Shown piece after piece: positions 35,647 through 45,698 of a stretch of 64,000 bases of DNA. Source of the stretch: Candidatus Porifericomitaceae bacterium (GTDB taxonomy: Bacteria; Pseudomonadota; Gammaproteobacteria; Porifericomitales; Porifericomitaceae); NCBI GenBank assembly GCA_965212005.1, contig OZ243038.1, forward strand, positions 1,857,440 through 1,921,439, in the 5' to 3' direction. The number at the start of each line of letters is the position of its first letter. Position 1 is the first letter of the stretch. A program made the position numbers and the translations under genes. The notes under the pieces were generated by a model. That model was not told the DNA's origin. It saw only the letters and a program-made list of their open reading frames with translations, and ran no database searches.

Positions 35647-35853
35647 ACCCTGAACCCCGGGCTCTGAACTCTTACCGCCAGTGCCGGGAAGCGCTGCACC
35701 GCTGCCTCGAAAGCGCCGTGTTTTGTGTTTGCGGCGAGCACTCTGCAGTTATGCGATATTTCATTGATGGAAAAGGATTTTTAACGGGGCCCGGCAATGC
35801 CGGGCAAGCCTTGTGGGGTAAACGGAGGGCGGGCGGACAGGACCCCCGGGTCA

Positions 35854-35876
35854 TGCTATAATTTCCTATATATAGG
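35854..35876 (+). promoter_or_regulatory. Extended -10 promoter (TGcTATAAT) for ftsH, overlapping a perfect 12-bp palindrome CCTATATATAGG
   Basis: tgctataat at 35854-35862. cctatatatagg at 35865-35876. ftsH starts at 35914 behind a GGAG Shine-Dalgarno. Confidence 0.45.
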
Positions 35877-35913
35877 CCGCCCAGTTACGCGGCTTGGAAT
35901 TACGGAGCGTGGG

Positions 35914-37863
35914 ATGGCGAAAAATCTGCTGCTTTGGATCGTAATCGCGATAGTGTTGATGGCGGTCTTTCATAATTTTGGTTCCCGGGTGCCCTACGTG
36001 GAGATCCCGTACTCGCAGTTGATTGCGGACGTAAGGAGCGAACGCATCCGTAGCGTGACCTTTGAAGGCAACGTCCTGCGCGGCGAGCGCATGGACGGAA
36101 CGCGGTTCACGACTTTTAGCCCCGAGACCAGCAACAATGCCGTCATTGGCACCTTAATGGAGCACAGCGTCGAGATTCGCGGGCAGGAGCCGCAGCGTAA
36201 TTCCCTGTGGGCGCACATGTTGATTTCCTGGTCGCCGATTTTGCTGCTGCTGGCCCTGTTCATCTATTTCATGCGCCAGATGCAAAACAGCCTGGGCGGT
36301 CGGGGAGGCGCATTCTCCTTCGGCAAGAGCCGCGCCCGCCTGATGGGCGAAGATCAAGTGCAAATCACTTTCAAAGACGTGGCCGGAGTTGAGGAAGCCA
36401 AGGAGGAAGTGATGGAGTTGGTCGAGTTTCTGCGCGACCCGGGCAAATTCCGCAAGCTGGGCGGCAAGCTCCCGTCCGGCGTGCTGATGGTTGGTTCGCC
36501 CGGCACCGGCAAAACCCTGCTGGCAAAGGCGATTGCGGGAGAGGCCAAGGTGCCGTTCTTCAGCATTTCCGGTTCGGACTTCGTCGAGATGTTTGTCGGG
36601 GTAGGCGCCTCGCGAGTGCGCGACATGTTTGAACAAGCGAAAAAGCATGCTCCCTGTATCATCTTCATCGACGAGATAGACGCGGTGGGCCGTCACCGTG
36701 GAGCCGGCCTGGGTGGCGGGCATGATGAGCGTGAGCAGACGCTCAATCAGCTGCTGGTGGAGATGGATGGATTCGAGGGGAACGAAGGCGTGATCGTCAT
36801 TGCCGCCACCAATCGTCCGGACGTGCTGGACCCGGCCCTGCTGCGTCCGGGCCGTTTCGACCGGCAGGTGACCGTGCCTCTGCCGGACATTCGCGGTCGG
36901 GAGCAAATCATCAAGGTGCATATGCGCAAGGTGTCCCTGGCGGACAACGTGCAACCGTCGATTATTGCCCGTGGCACGCCGGGCTTCTCCGGCGCAGATC
37001 TTTCCAACCTGGTGAACGAAGCGGCACTGCTGGCGGCCCGGGCGGATAAAACCCGGGTGGACATGGAAGACTTCGAGAACGCCAAGGACAAGATTATGAT
37101 GGGCACTGAGCGCCGCTCGATGGTCATGAGCGAAGAGGAAAAGCGTCTGACTGCCTATCACGAGTCCGGGCACGCCATCGTAGGGCTGAAAATGCCCGTG
37201 CATGATCCGGTGTACAAGGTGACCATTATTCCGCGGGGCCGCGCCCTGGGCGTAACCACGTTTTTGCCGGAGACTGACCGCTTGAGTTACAGCAGGGAGT
37301 ACCTGGAAAGCAGAATATGCAGCTTGTTTGGGGGGCGTATTGCCGAGGAGTTGATCTTTGGCAAGAAAGCGGTTACCACCGGTGCCAACAACGACATCTA
37401 CCAGGCCACTAAGCTGGCCCGCGATATGGTGACCAAGTGGGGACTTTCCGATAAGCTGGGCCCGCTCACTTACAGCGAGGAGGAGGGCGAGGTGTTTCTC
37501 GGCCATTCCGTCACCCAGCATAAGCTGATTTCCGACGAGACCGCGCACCTTGTTGACTTGGAAGTGCGCTCTTTGATTGATCGGAATTACCAGGGCGCTG
37601 AACAGATCCTGCGCGAGCAGTTGGACAAGCTGCACAAGATGGCCGATGCGCTGATGAAGTATGAGACCATCGACAAGGAGCAGATCAAGCGGATCATGGC
37701 GGGTAAAGAGCCCGGCGATCCGGCCGACTGGAGTTCCGACAGCGGCGACCTGGACGCGCCCGCCGGGCCTTCCACGACTGCGGATACGGATGACGAATCG
37801 TCCGGGATAGACAGCGGCACCGCGACGCCGCCATCGGTAAAGGGGCAGGTCGGAACCGCCTGA
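35914..37863 (+). CDS. ftsH: ATP-dependent zinc metalloprotease FtsH
   Basis: N-terminal TM helix ([19 protein letters not shown]), AAA Walker A (GSPGTGKT), the SRH region, the zinc motif HESGHAIVG, and a C-terminal acidic tail. Confidence 0.95.
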   Translation: MAKNLLLWIVIAIVLMAVFHNFGSRVPYVEIPYSQLIADVRSERIRSVTFEGNVLRGERMDGTRFTTFSPETSNNAVIGTLMEHSVEIRGQEPQRNSLWAHMLISWSPILLLLALFIYFMRQMQNSLGGRGGAFSFGKSRARLMGEDQVQITFKDVAGVEEAKEEVMELVEFLRDPGKFRKLGGKLPSGVLMVGSPGTGKTLLAKAIAGEAKVPFFSISGSDFVEMFVGVGASRVRDMFEQAKKHAPCIIFIDEIDAVGRHRGAGLGGGHDEREQTLNQLLVEMDGFEGNEGVIVIAATNRPDVLDPALLRPGRFDRQVTVPLPDIRGREQIIKVHMRKVSLADNVQPSIIARGTPGFSGADLSNLVNEAALLAARADKTRVDMEDFENAKDKIMMGTERRSMVMSEEEKRLTAYHESGHAIVGLKMPVHDPVYKVTIIPRGRALGVTTFLPETDRLSYSREYLESRICSLFGGRIAEELIFGKKAVTTGANNDIYQATKLARDMVTKWGLSDKLGPLTYSEEEGEVFLGHSVTQHKLISDETAHLVDLEVRSLIDRNYQGAEQILREQLDKLHKMADALMKYETIDKEQIKRIMAGKEPGDPADWSSDSGDLDAPAGPSTTADTDDESSGIDSGTATPPSVKGQVGTA

Positions 37864-37985
37864 GGGGTGCGTTGTCACCCTTGCGGATGAGCATTAAGCA
37901 GGGAACCCGCCGGGTGATCATCGTACCTCGTTGCCGCCGTTGGCGCGGCGCCGGTTTGGCCGCGAAATAGCACGGGAAGTCTGTC

Positions 37986-39353
37986 ATGCCGGCGCGACGC
38001 TATTTCGGCACGGACGGGATCCGTGGCTGCCTCGGCGAGTCGCCGATTACCCCCGAGTTTGTGTTGCGTTTGGGCTGGGCCGCGGGCCGGGTGTTATCCC
38101 GCACTCCCCAGGGTAGCGAGGTCTCCGGCAACGCGCCAATCCTGATCGGCAAAGACACCCGGATCTCCGGTTACATGTTGGAATCAGCGCTGGAGAGCGG
38201 TCTTTCCGCCGCCGGCGTGGATATACGGTTGCTCGGACCGATGCCGACCCCGGCCATCGCTTATCTCGCCCGCAGTATCCGTGCCCGCGCCGGGATCGTC
38301 ATCAGTGCCTCGCATAACCCTTATTCCGACAACGGGATCAAGTTTTTCTATGGTGACGGCAGCAAGCTGTCGGAAGAAACGGAAGCGGCCATTGAGGCTG
38401 AGTTGGATAAGCCGTGCCGCGTGGTGGCGCCGGAGCAGTTGGGCAAGGCCAGCCGCATCATAGACGCACCACGCCGTTACATGGAGTTCTGCAAGGATCT
38501 GTTTCACCGCTCGCTGTACCTGGACGGGATCCACCTGGTTGTGGATTGTGCCCACGGCGCCACCTACCAGATCGCTCCCCTGTTGTTCGAAGAGTTGGGG
38601 GCCAAGGTGGACCCAATCGGCGTTTCGCCCGATGGCTTTAATATCAATCGGCAGTGCGGCGCAGCAATGCCGGACGCCCTGCGCGGGGAAATGAAAAGGA
38701 CCGGCGCCGATCTCGGGATCGCTTTTGACGGTGACGGCGACCGCGTCACGATGGTGGATGGAAAAGGCGCCGTAGTGGATGGGGACGCGCTGCTGTATAT
38801 TCTCGCCCGTGCCCGGCGTGAGCGCCTGAATGGAGCCGTGGTCGGCACCTCAATGAGCAGCCTGAGCCTGGAGCAGGCCCTGAAAAAACTGGACCTGGCG
38901 TTGCTGCGGGCCCGCGTCGGCGACCGCTACATTGCCCAGTTGATGTCGCGCGAGGCACTGCGTCTGGGAGGCGAATCCTCGGGGCATATCATCGATCTGG
39001 ATTACACGACCACCAGTGACGGCATCGTAACCGCCCTGCAGATACTGAACATAATGGGTAGAACGGGACGTGCCCTGGGAGAACTGCAGGACGGATTGAG
39101 CATTTTGCCGCTGCAGGTAGTGAATCTGCCGCTGCGTCGTCGGATCGACGTAACCGGACTGCCGGAAGTGAAAGAGGCAGTGCGCGCCGTGGAGAACGAG
39201 CTGGGCCCGAACGGCCGGGTACTGCTGCGCGTTTCCGGCACCGAGGCTGTGCTGCGGATCCTGGTGGAGGGTCCGGAAGCCGGCCAGGTGCAGCGTTTAA
39301 GTGCGCAGATCTCCAGTGCCGTGAATAGCGCCCTGGAGCACCACTCCTGCTAA
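37986..39353 (+). CDS. glmM: Phosphoglucosamine mutase
   Basis: N-terminal YFGTDGIRG, the active-site serine loop (SASHNPYSDNGIKFF), and the GDGDR metal-binding motif. Confidence 0.95.
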   Translation: MPARRYFGTDGIRGCLGESPITPEFVLRLGWAAGRVLSRTPQGSEVSGNAPILIGKDTRISGYMLESALESGLSAAGVDIRLLGPMPTPAIAYLARSIRARAGIVISASHNPYSDNGIKFFYGDGSKLSEETEAAIEAELDKPCRVVAPEQLGKASRIIDAPRRYMEFCKDLFHRSLYLDGIHLVVDCAHGATYQIAPLLFEELGAKVDPIGVSPDGFNINRQCGAAMPDALRGEMKRTGADLGIAFDGDGDRVTMVDGKGAVVDGDALLYILARARRERLNGAVVGTSMSSLSLEQALKKLDLALLRARVGDRYIAQLMSREALRLGGESSGHIIDLDYTTTSDGIVTALQILNIMGRTGRALGELQDGLSILPLQVVNLPLRRRIDVTGLPEVKEAVRAVENELGPNGRVLLRVSGTEAVLRILVEGPEAGQVQRLSAQISSAVNSALEHHSC

Positions 39354-39354
39354 A

Positions 39355-40719
39355 TCAGCGCACGGATTTGAGTATTTGCCATATCCGATCGATCCATTCC
39401 CAGTGCTCAGGCTTCATTAGGCAGGAACGCAGGCAGCTCACCGTGGCTTGATCATATTGGACGTCGGGCCAGCGCCGTCTTAGCAGATCGGCGGGCAAAC
39501 GGATCAGTGCCAGGTGCAGTTGCCTGGCCGCGGCGTCGGTGAACACTTGCTGGGACCGGGCCGATATTTCCGAGGCGAGCGGTGCCGCGGTGCCGCCTGT
39601 GGCGATCTCTTGCGGTGCCCAGATGACAATGTCCAATTCGGGTGCCAGCAGGGTCCGCTCGCTCGGGTCTGCGTCCAGTTTGTTGTAAAGCTGCAACGCG
39701 GCGCGGCGGGATTTCTCCAGGCCGGCGGCGAATTCGCCTCCTTTTTCCATGGGCAGCAATTGCTGGGTGGCCCACAACGCCACGGCGCTGGCCCCGGCGC
39801 GCGAACATTCCAGGCTGATCTCTCCCAGGTGCAGTTCATCTGAGCTGAAATAGGTATAAGGAGAATCATGTTTGTAGATGGAACCCACGGATGGATCCTG
39901 AAACAGGACGCAGCCGCATCCGTAGGGCTGCAATCCGTGTTTGTGCGGATCGATGACGATGGAGTCCGCCTGGTGCATGCACTCGTAGCTTGCGCGCGTG
40001 TCCGCTTCCAGTAATTCCGTCAGCTTGAAGTATCCTCCGTAGGCGGCGTCTACGTGCACCCTGAAACCGTATTTTTCCCGCAGCGAGAGGATCAACGGCA
40101 ACGGGTCAACGGAGCCCGTGCCCGTGGTGCCCAGGGTAACGACTACCGTGCCTATGGTTCCATTTTTGAGTTTGTCTTCCAGCGCGTTCAGGTCCATCCT
40201 GAATTTCGCGTCGGAGGCAATGGAGTGGAAAGGCAGCCCCAGGACTTCGGTCACGCGGGCGTGCGTGTAGTGAGCCTGGGAGGACGCCACTATCGTTTTG
40301 CCGGGGTGCAGTTTCCCGGCGATCCACAGGGCTTCGAGATTTGCCATGGTGCCGCCACCGGTAAGGTGCCCTAAATGTGCATCGCTCCAGCCGCACATGC
40401 GGGCAATGTTGGCCACGGCCTCTTTCTCCATGGCTGAACTGGCGCGACCGCCGTCCAGCGCGTGGTTGTTCGGGTTAATCCAGATCGACAGCATGTAGGC
40501 CAGGCGCGCGATCGGATGGGGAGGTTTCAGCATTTGTCCCGCGTAGAGCGGGTGCGGGTAAGGGTAGTTGTCCTGCATGCGCTCGGCGGTTCGCAGCAAG
40601 ACCTCGCGCATCTGCTCCAGGTTCGTTTTGACTTCAAAGCCGGGCATGCCGTCGAAGGTTTCTTCCAGCTTCAGCAAGCCGTCGCTCAGCAGGCTTAAAC
40701 TGTCTTTTTCCAGGACCAC
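39355..40719 (-). CDS. PLP-dependent group II amino-acid decarboxylase (454 aa)
   Basis: The HLTGGGTMANLEALWIAGKL and HVDAAYGGY motifs are typical of group II decarboxylases (Glu/Asp/Tyr/CSA decarboxylase family). Confidence 0.8.
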   Translation of the reverse strand: MVLEKDSLSLLSDGLLKLEETFDGMPGFEVKTNLEQMREVLLRTAERMQDNYPYPHPLYAGQMLKPPHPIARLAYMLSIWINPNNHALDGGRASSAMEKEAVANIARMCGWSDAHLGHLTGGGTMANLEALWIAGKLHPGKTIVASSQAHYTHARVTEVLGLPFHSIASDAKFRMDLNALEDKLKNGTIGTVVVTLGTTGTGSVDPLPLILSLREKYGFRVHVDAAYGGYFKLTELLEADTRASYECMHQADSIVIDPHKHGLQPYGCGCVLFQDPSVGSIYKHDSPYTYFSSDELHLGEISLECSRAGASAVALWATQQLLPMEKGGEFAAGLEKSRRAALQLYNKLDADPSERTLLAPELDIVIWAPQEIATGGTAAPLASEISARSQQVFTDAAARQLHLALIRLPADLLRRRWPDVQYDQATVSCLRSCLMKPEHWEWIDRIWQILKSVR

Positions 40720-40720
40720 G

Positions 40721-42058
40721 TCAGTTTACGAAGGAACGGTAAAACGCGATGATAATCATGAGCGGGCAGAAAATTCGTATGTAGCCCGGCCATATTTTCC
40801 AGAACAGGCTGTTTGCGGCTTCCGGAAATCCTTCCCGTATCTCCTCCAGCATCCGGTCGCGGCGCCAGAGCCATCCGGCAAAGATGCAGATGGCAAGCCC
40901 CAATAATGGCTGGCTGTACCGGGTGGTGGCAGTAATGGTGGCCGCAAACAGCAGTTCAAAATTCAAAACGATACACGTGCTGAACAGAAATATGGCAGTG
41001 CTGATGACCCAGGTCGCGCGCCGGCGGCGCATGGCGTATTTTTCAACCGCGTAAGCTACCGGCACTTCCAGCATCGATATGGATGAAGTCAAGGCGGCCA
41101 CGATCATCAATAGAAAAAAGGCAATCGGCACCAGCTCCCCCAGGCCGCTCATGGTGTTAAACAATGCCGGCAGCACGGTAAAAATGAGACCGTCTCCTCC
41201 GATCAACTTTCCCGCCTCGGTGTATATTGGTATGCCGTTGGCCTGGGCCACGTACATGGCAGGAATGATCAGCAAACCCGCCAGTATGGCAATGCCGATG
41301 TCCACGATGGCCACGGAAGCGCCGATGAACACTAAATTTTCCCTGCGGCTGATGTAGGAACCGTATACCAGCATGGTTCCAACGGCCAGGGAGAGCGAGA
41401 AAAACGACTGCCCCATTGCGCCGACGATCAGATCGGGCTCCAGCACCTTGGAAAAATCCGGGAATATATAGGCTCTCCAACCGGCGAGCGCGCCCTCCAA
41501 CGTGGCCACGTAGAGGATGAGACCGGTGATAATGAAGAATAACAGCGGCATCAGTCTTTTGGCCCAGCGCTCTATGCCGGCGTTGACGCCGCTGCTGATG
41601 ATCATTGCCGTTACGGCGGAGAAGAGGGCGCAGAAAATGATGTTTCGAGGTACGGAGAAAGAGATCAACCAGTCAGCCGCCGGGTTTACGTTTACCAGTC
41701 TGAGCAGGTATTGCAAAGAGTACGCGATCATCCAGCCGCCGACGATTGCGTAAAAACTCAAGATCAGGCTGACCGTCAGTATGCCCCAATACCCGGTCAA
41801 GGGGCCGATGAAGTTCCTGGTGATTTTGGCGTAAGCATCAACGGGGTTGGCCTTGGCGTATCGGCCAATCAGCAGTTCCGCCATCAGGACGGGATAGGCC
41901 ATCGAGAATGCCAGTACCAGGTAGACGAGCACGAACGCGGCGCCCCCGTTCTCTGCCACCTGGATCGGAAAGCTCCACACGTTGCCCAGTCCCACTGCCG
42001 CCCCGGCGGCGGCCATGATAAATCCCAGCCGGGAAGAAAATTCACCGCGCGCCGCCAT
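40721..42058 (-). CDS. Sodium-dependent transporter, NSS (SNF) family
   Basis: N-terminal LGFIMAAAGAAVGLGNVWSFP motif and 11-12 predicted TM helices. The ATG at 42058 (MAARGEF...) is preferred. Confidence 0.85.
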   Translation of the reverse strand: MAARGEFSSRLGFIMAAAGAAVGLGNVWSFPIQVAENGGAAFVLVYLVLAFSMAYPVLMAELLIGRYAKANPVDAYAKITRNFIGPLTGYWGILTVSLILSFYAIVGGWMIAYSLQYLLRLVNVNPAADWLISFSVPRNIIFCALFSAVTAMIISSGVNAGIERWAKRLMPLLFFIITGLILYVATLEGALAGWRAYIFPDFSKVLEPDLIVGAMGQSFFSLSLAVGTMLVYGSYISRRENLVFIGASVAIVDIGIAILAGLLIIPAMYVAQANGIPIYTEAGKLIGGDGLIFTVLPALFNTMSGLGELVPIAFFLLMIVAALTSSISMLEVPVAYAVEKYAMRRRRATWVISTAIFLFSTCIVLNFELLFAATITATTRYSQPLLGLAICIFAGWLWRRDRMLEEIREGFPEAANSLFWKIWPGYIRIFCPLMIIIAFYRSFVN

Positions 42059-42417
42059 CAGGACTGATCGACCGTGCGTTGTGTGGGGTGGTGCGGGAAC
42101 GTTGCCTGGTGTTGGTGACCGAAAGCGTGAACACCGGCAGCGCCGGGGAAGCAGACGTCTTGCGAGCGTGGGCGAAATGAGAACACCAATGGCATGCTTC
42201 GGCAGTATTTCCCGAAGCATTGGCACCGGACGACGGTAACCAGGACGGAAACCAGGCCGGTCATGAACAGGCTGAACCCTCGTCCAAGGCAGTCATTCTT
42301 CAAGCTAAAGATTTCGCTGACAGTTGCACTGACAAGTTGAATCGGCGTGTTCCTGTGTTTGACTGAGCGTAAGGTTTTGCAGCTTGCCGCGCCATCGGAT
42401 CCATTCGGCGGGCCGGG

Positions 42418-43893
42418 TCAGGTCCCGCTTTCCATGATTTGGTTTGCCTTGTCAATCAACACCTCGATAAATCGGTCGATCGTTTCCTTGTGGGTGCGGA
42501 TGGATAATATCGCCAGTCTAAGGGTAATCTGATTGTCAATGCGCGTGGTGGAAACAAAAAAGCCGCTCTCCCTGAAGATCCGCTGGATCAAGTCGTGATT
42601 TACTTGGTCTCGTTCTTCCGGAGTGCGGGCACCGTTGTGGCGAAAGACTACGATCGATAGTTCCGGTTCCGGCCCCACCCAGAAATCCGGTAATTGGGAC
42701 AAGCGCCGGTGCGCGTAACGGGCCAGCAGCATTTTTTCCTCCAGGGCGGCGCAGAAAGTCTGTTCCCCATGCACCAGCAGCGGCATCCACAGGTGTAATG
42801 CGCGAAAGGGCCGCGTCAGTTCAGCGGATACGTTGGTCGGAGATGGGGCGTGCCGTTCTGATACATCCTGCATGTAGCTACCGCTGAAATGATGTGCTTT
42901 TTCGATCAGGTCCGCATCCTTGACCAGCACGGCCCCGCAGCCCCATGGGACAAACAGGCTTTTATGCGGGTCCAGGGTTACCGAATCTGCCAGGTGCAGT
43001 CCCTTTAATGCCTTCCGGCCTTCCTGGCAGAGTGCGAAGCAGGCACCGTAGGCGCCGTCCACGTGCAGCCAGCAGTGGTACCGTTCGGCTATATCCGCCA
43101 GGGTCTCCAAGTCGTCGATGGAGCCGGTGTCGGTGGTGCCCGCGTTCCCAACGATCAGCCAGGGTTTGAATCCTTTCCGTGCGTCGCGCTCGATGCATCG
43201 CCGCAGTTCATCCGTGTCGATCCGAAACCGGTCGTCGGTGGGCAGCATTTGTGCGGAACAACTGTCCAGGCCGGCGATGTGTAGCGCCTTGCGCACGGAA
43301 TGGTGTGCCTGGTCGGAGAAATAGGCGGCGCATTTTTCGATTTTGCGAGCCCGGATGCCGTGCGTTTCGCGCGCCGTCACCACGGCATTCAGGTTAGCGA
43401 TGCTGCCGCCCGAAGTAATGTCTCCGCCGCATGGGTTGCGATAGCCAATGATCTTTTTTCCCATCCACTGGATCAGCACGTCCTGCATGACGCCCCCTCC
43501 CGGACACATTTCGGTGATGCCGGAAAAGGCGTTGCTGATCGAGCTGATATAGTCCGCCAGCGCAGACAAGTAGTTGTCGTTCCCCGGGATGTAGGAGAAA
43601 TTGCCGGCGTTGCCCTGGCGAACGCCGTGCGGGTCCACGTTACGGCGCAGCAGGTCCAGGACTTGCGACAGCTCCATGCCTTGTCGCGGGATGCCGACGT
43701 GGCGTAATTCGTCGCAAGCTGCTTCTTCCGTTACCGAAAAGGCGGGCGCCGCCGTTTTCTTTTTCAGCATCTCCTCTGCGTATTGAGCGGTTTCGCCCAG
43801 CCATTGCTTTCTTTGTGCAGCGGAAGGTTGCAGGGCGCGCATGCCTCGGTAAAGATCGTCCAGGCCGGGATCGTCAGGTGGCCGCTTACTCAT
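42418..43893 (-). CDS. PLP-dependent group II amino-acid decarboxylase (aromatic/DABA decarboxylase-like, about 490 aa)
   Basis: GGDITSGGSIANLNAVVTARE and HVDGAYGACFALC motifs. The ATG at 43893 (MSKRPPDDPG) is preferred. It gives an 8-bp overlap with the upstream sulfatase stop, rather than the 68-bp overlap of the longer ORF. Confidence 0.8.
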   Translation of the reverse strand: MSKRPPDDPGLDDLYRGMRALQPSAAQRKQWLGETAQYAEEMLKKKTAAPAFSVTEEAACDELRHVGIPRQGMELSQVLDLLRRNVDPHGVRQGNAGNFSYIPGNDNYLSALADYISSISNAFSGITEMCPGGGVMQDVLIQWMGKKIIGYRNPCGGDITSGGSIANLNAVVTARETHGIRARKIEKCAAYFSDQAHHSVRKALHIAGLDSCSAQMLPTDDRFRIDTDELRRCIERDARKGFKPWLIVGNAGTTDTGSIDDLETLADIAERYHCWLHVDGAYGACFALCQEGRKALKGLHLADSVTLDPHKSLFVPWGCGAVLVKDADLIEKAHHFSGSYMQDVSERHAPSPTNVSAELTRPFRALHLWMPLLVHGEQTFCAALEEKMLLARYAHRRLSQLPDFWVGPEPELSIVVFRHNGARTPEERDQVNHDLIQRIFRESGFFVSTTRIDNQITLRLAILSIRTHKETIDRFIEVLIDKANQIMESGT

Positions 43894-45691
43894 CAATGAT
43901 ATGCCGCATATATTCGGGTTTTGCGGGATACGCCGTGACGCCGTCAGGCTCATCGATCACTCCATTTTTCAATGCATAGGCTGAGAACGCGTCGATCATC
44001 CGTTCGAGTTGAGAGGCCTGCTGCCCGCCCAAGTCCACGCTTTCCGCCGGGTCTGCGTCGAGATCGTACAATTTCCACTGATTCTGATCCCAGGGTGGGC
44101 GTATGCGGACCGCTTTCCATTTCCCCATAAATACCGAAGCGTGTCCAAATAACTCAAATGCAACCGCTTCGTCCGGCGCGTATACTTGTGCACGTTCTTC
44201 CCTGAGGTAGGGGAGCATTGAGCGTCCCTGGGGCGTGTGGACCTCGCGCCCCCGGTACCTGTTGCCGGGATGCTCGAGCCCCGCCATGTCAAGCAGGGTT
44301 GGCGTTATGTCCAGAACGGAAGCAAACGCCGAAAGCGTCTCTGGCCTTTGCTTCATTTTCGGATAATGAATGATAAAAGGTACCCTGGTTCCTCCCTCAT
44401 AGGGCAAAAATTTGTAATAGCGCAGATGCACGGATCCAGTTTGAGCCCATCCCGGTCCCTGGAAAATATACGAATCCGCATTGCCCATGTTTTCCAGGCT
44501 GTTATCGTAGCCCTGCTCTGATACGTAATCCTTGTAGATGGCGCGCCTGCTGCGGTCGTAGGGATCGGTTCCATTGTCAGACATAAAAATGATAACCGTG
44601 TTGTCGTACTGCCCGATCGATTCCAGGTATTGCAGCAGGCGGCCCACGTTGGCGTCGATATTGTCCACCATGGCGGCGTAAACCGCCATTTTCTTCGCTT
44701 CGATCTGCCGCTCGGCGGCAGACAGTTCGGTCCACGCGGGCACTTCGTCCAATCGATCCGGCTGCGTCAGCTCAGCGGAGATAAGTCCCCTTTCGCGCAA
44801 TCGCTGAAAGCGTTCCGCTCGCAGGAGGTCCCAGCCTTTGGCGTAAGAGTGCCGGTATTTTTCTATGTACTCGGCGGGAGCCTGCAAAGGAAAGTGCGGG
44901 GCGCTAAATGCCAGGTAGGCGAAAAAGGGGCGCCGGTCCCCCTCATGCGCGGCTATTTGCTGAATTAATTGATCCGTAAACAGGTCGCTGGAAAATCCCT
45001 CCGGTCTCTGGATGCTTTCTCCGTCGCGGGTATAGGAGGCCCTGGGGACCATGGCATTTGGGCCATCGTCATTAAAATGATTGCCCAATCCGTCCAGCAT
45101 GACGAAGCTGCTTTCAAATCCTCTTTGGGCCGGATTCTGCTGTTTTCCGTACCCCAGGTGCCATTTGCCGGCCACGTAGGTGTGGTAGCCTGCGTCCCGT
45201 AACAAGCTTGCCACCGTCACCACGCGGTTATTCAGGTAACCCGAGTAGCCGGGCACGTTCCGGTGATGCGGCAGCAGGTCTTCGGCCATCGTACCCAGGC
45301 CGTTCAGGTGATTGTCAACGCCGGTCAGCATCATGGCGCGGGTGGGCGAGCACGTCGCCTGCGTATGAAAACCGGTAAAGAGCAGCCCTTTCCTGGCCAA
45401 CTCGTTGATGTGAGGAGTCTGGATCTCGCCGCCGTAGGCACCGACGTCTCCGTAGCCCAGATCGTCAGCGACCATGAGCACAAAATTGGGGCGCCCGGCG
45501 GGCTCTGTATTTTGACGGCTTTCGCCTGCATGGCCATCGCCGGTCACCAGCGCGCCGCAGAGCAGCAGGATAAAGCAGGTCCTGGTGCAGGGCGGAGCAC
45601 GCCGGCCGGGGCAAAGGCGGAGTGCACAAGCGTCCGGAGGAAGCTCGGCTAGCGTCAACTGTTGCCGCTTTTCCTGCTGCGAAGAAAACAA
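43886..45691 (-). CDS. Arylsulfatase-family sulfatase (Cys-type)
   Basis: VLMVADDLGYGDVGAYGG followed by the CSPTRAMMLTG formylglycine motif. N-terminal hydrophobic signal. The exact start is uncertain. Confidence 0.85.
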   Translation of the reverse strand: MFSSQQEKRQQLTLAELPPDACALRLCPGRRAPPCTRTCFILLLCGALVTGDGHAGESRQNTEPAGRPNFVLMVADDLGYGDVGAYGGEIQTPHINELARKGLLFTGFHTQATCSPTRAMMLTGVDNHLNGLGTMAEDLLPHHRNVPGYSGYLNNRVVTVASLLRDAGYHTYVAGKWHLGYGKQQNPAQRGFESSFVMLDGLGNHFNDDGPNAMVPRASYTRDGESIQRPEGFSSDLFTDQLIQQIAAHEGDRRPFFAYLAFSAPHFPLQAPAEYIEKYRHSYAKGWDLLRAERFQRLRERGLISAELTQPDRLDEVPAWTELSAAERQIEAKKMAVYAAMVDNIDANVGRLLQYLESIGQYDNTVIIFMSDNGTDPYDRSRRAIYKDYVSEQGYDNSLENMGNADSYIFQGPGWAQTGSVHLRYYKFLPYEGGTRVPFIIHYPKMKQRPETLSAFASVLDITPTLLDMAGLEHPGNRYRGREVHTPQGRSMLPYLREERAQVYAPDEAVAFELFGHASVFMGKWKAVRIRPPWDQNQWKLYDLDADPAESVDLGGQQASQLERMIDAFSAYALKNGVIDEPDGVTAYPAKPEYMRHIIDE

Positions 45692-45698
45692 AGGCCGG

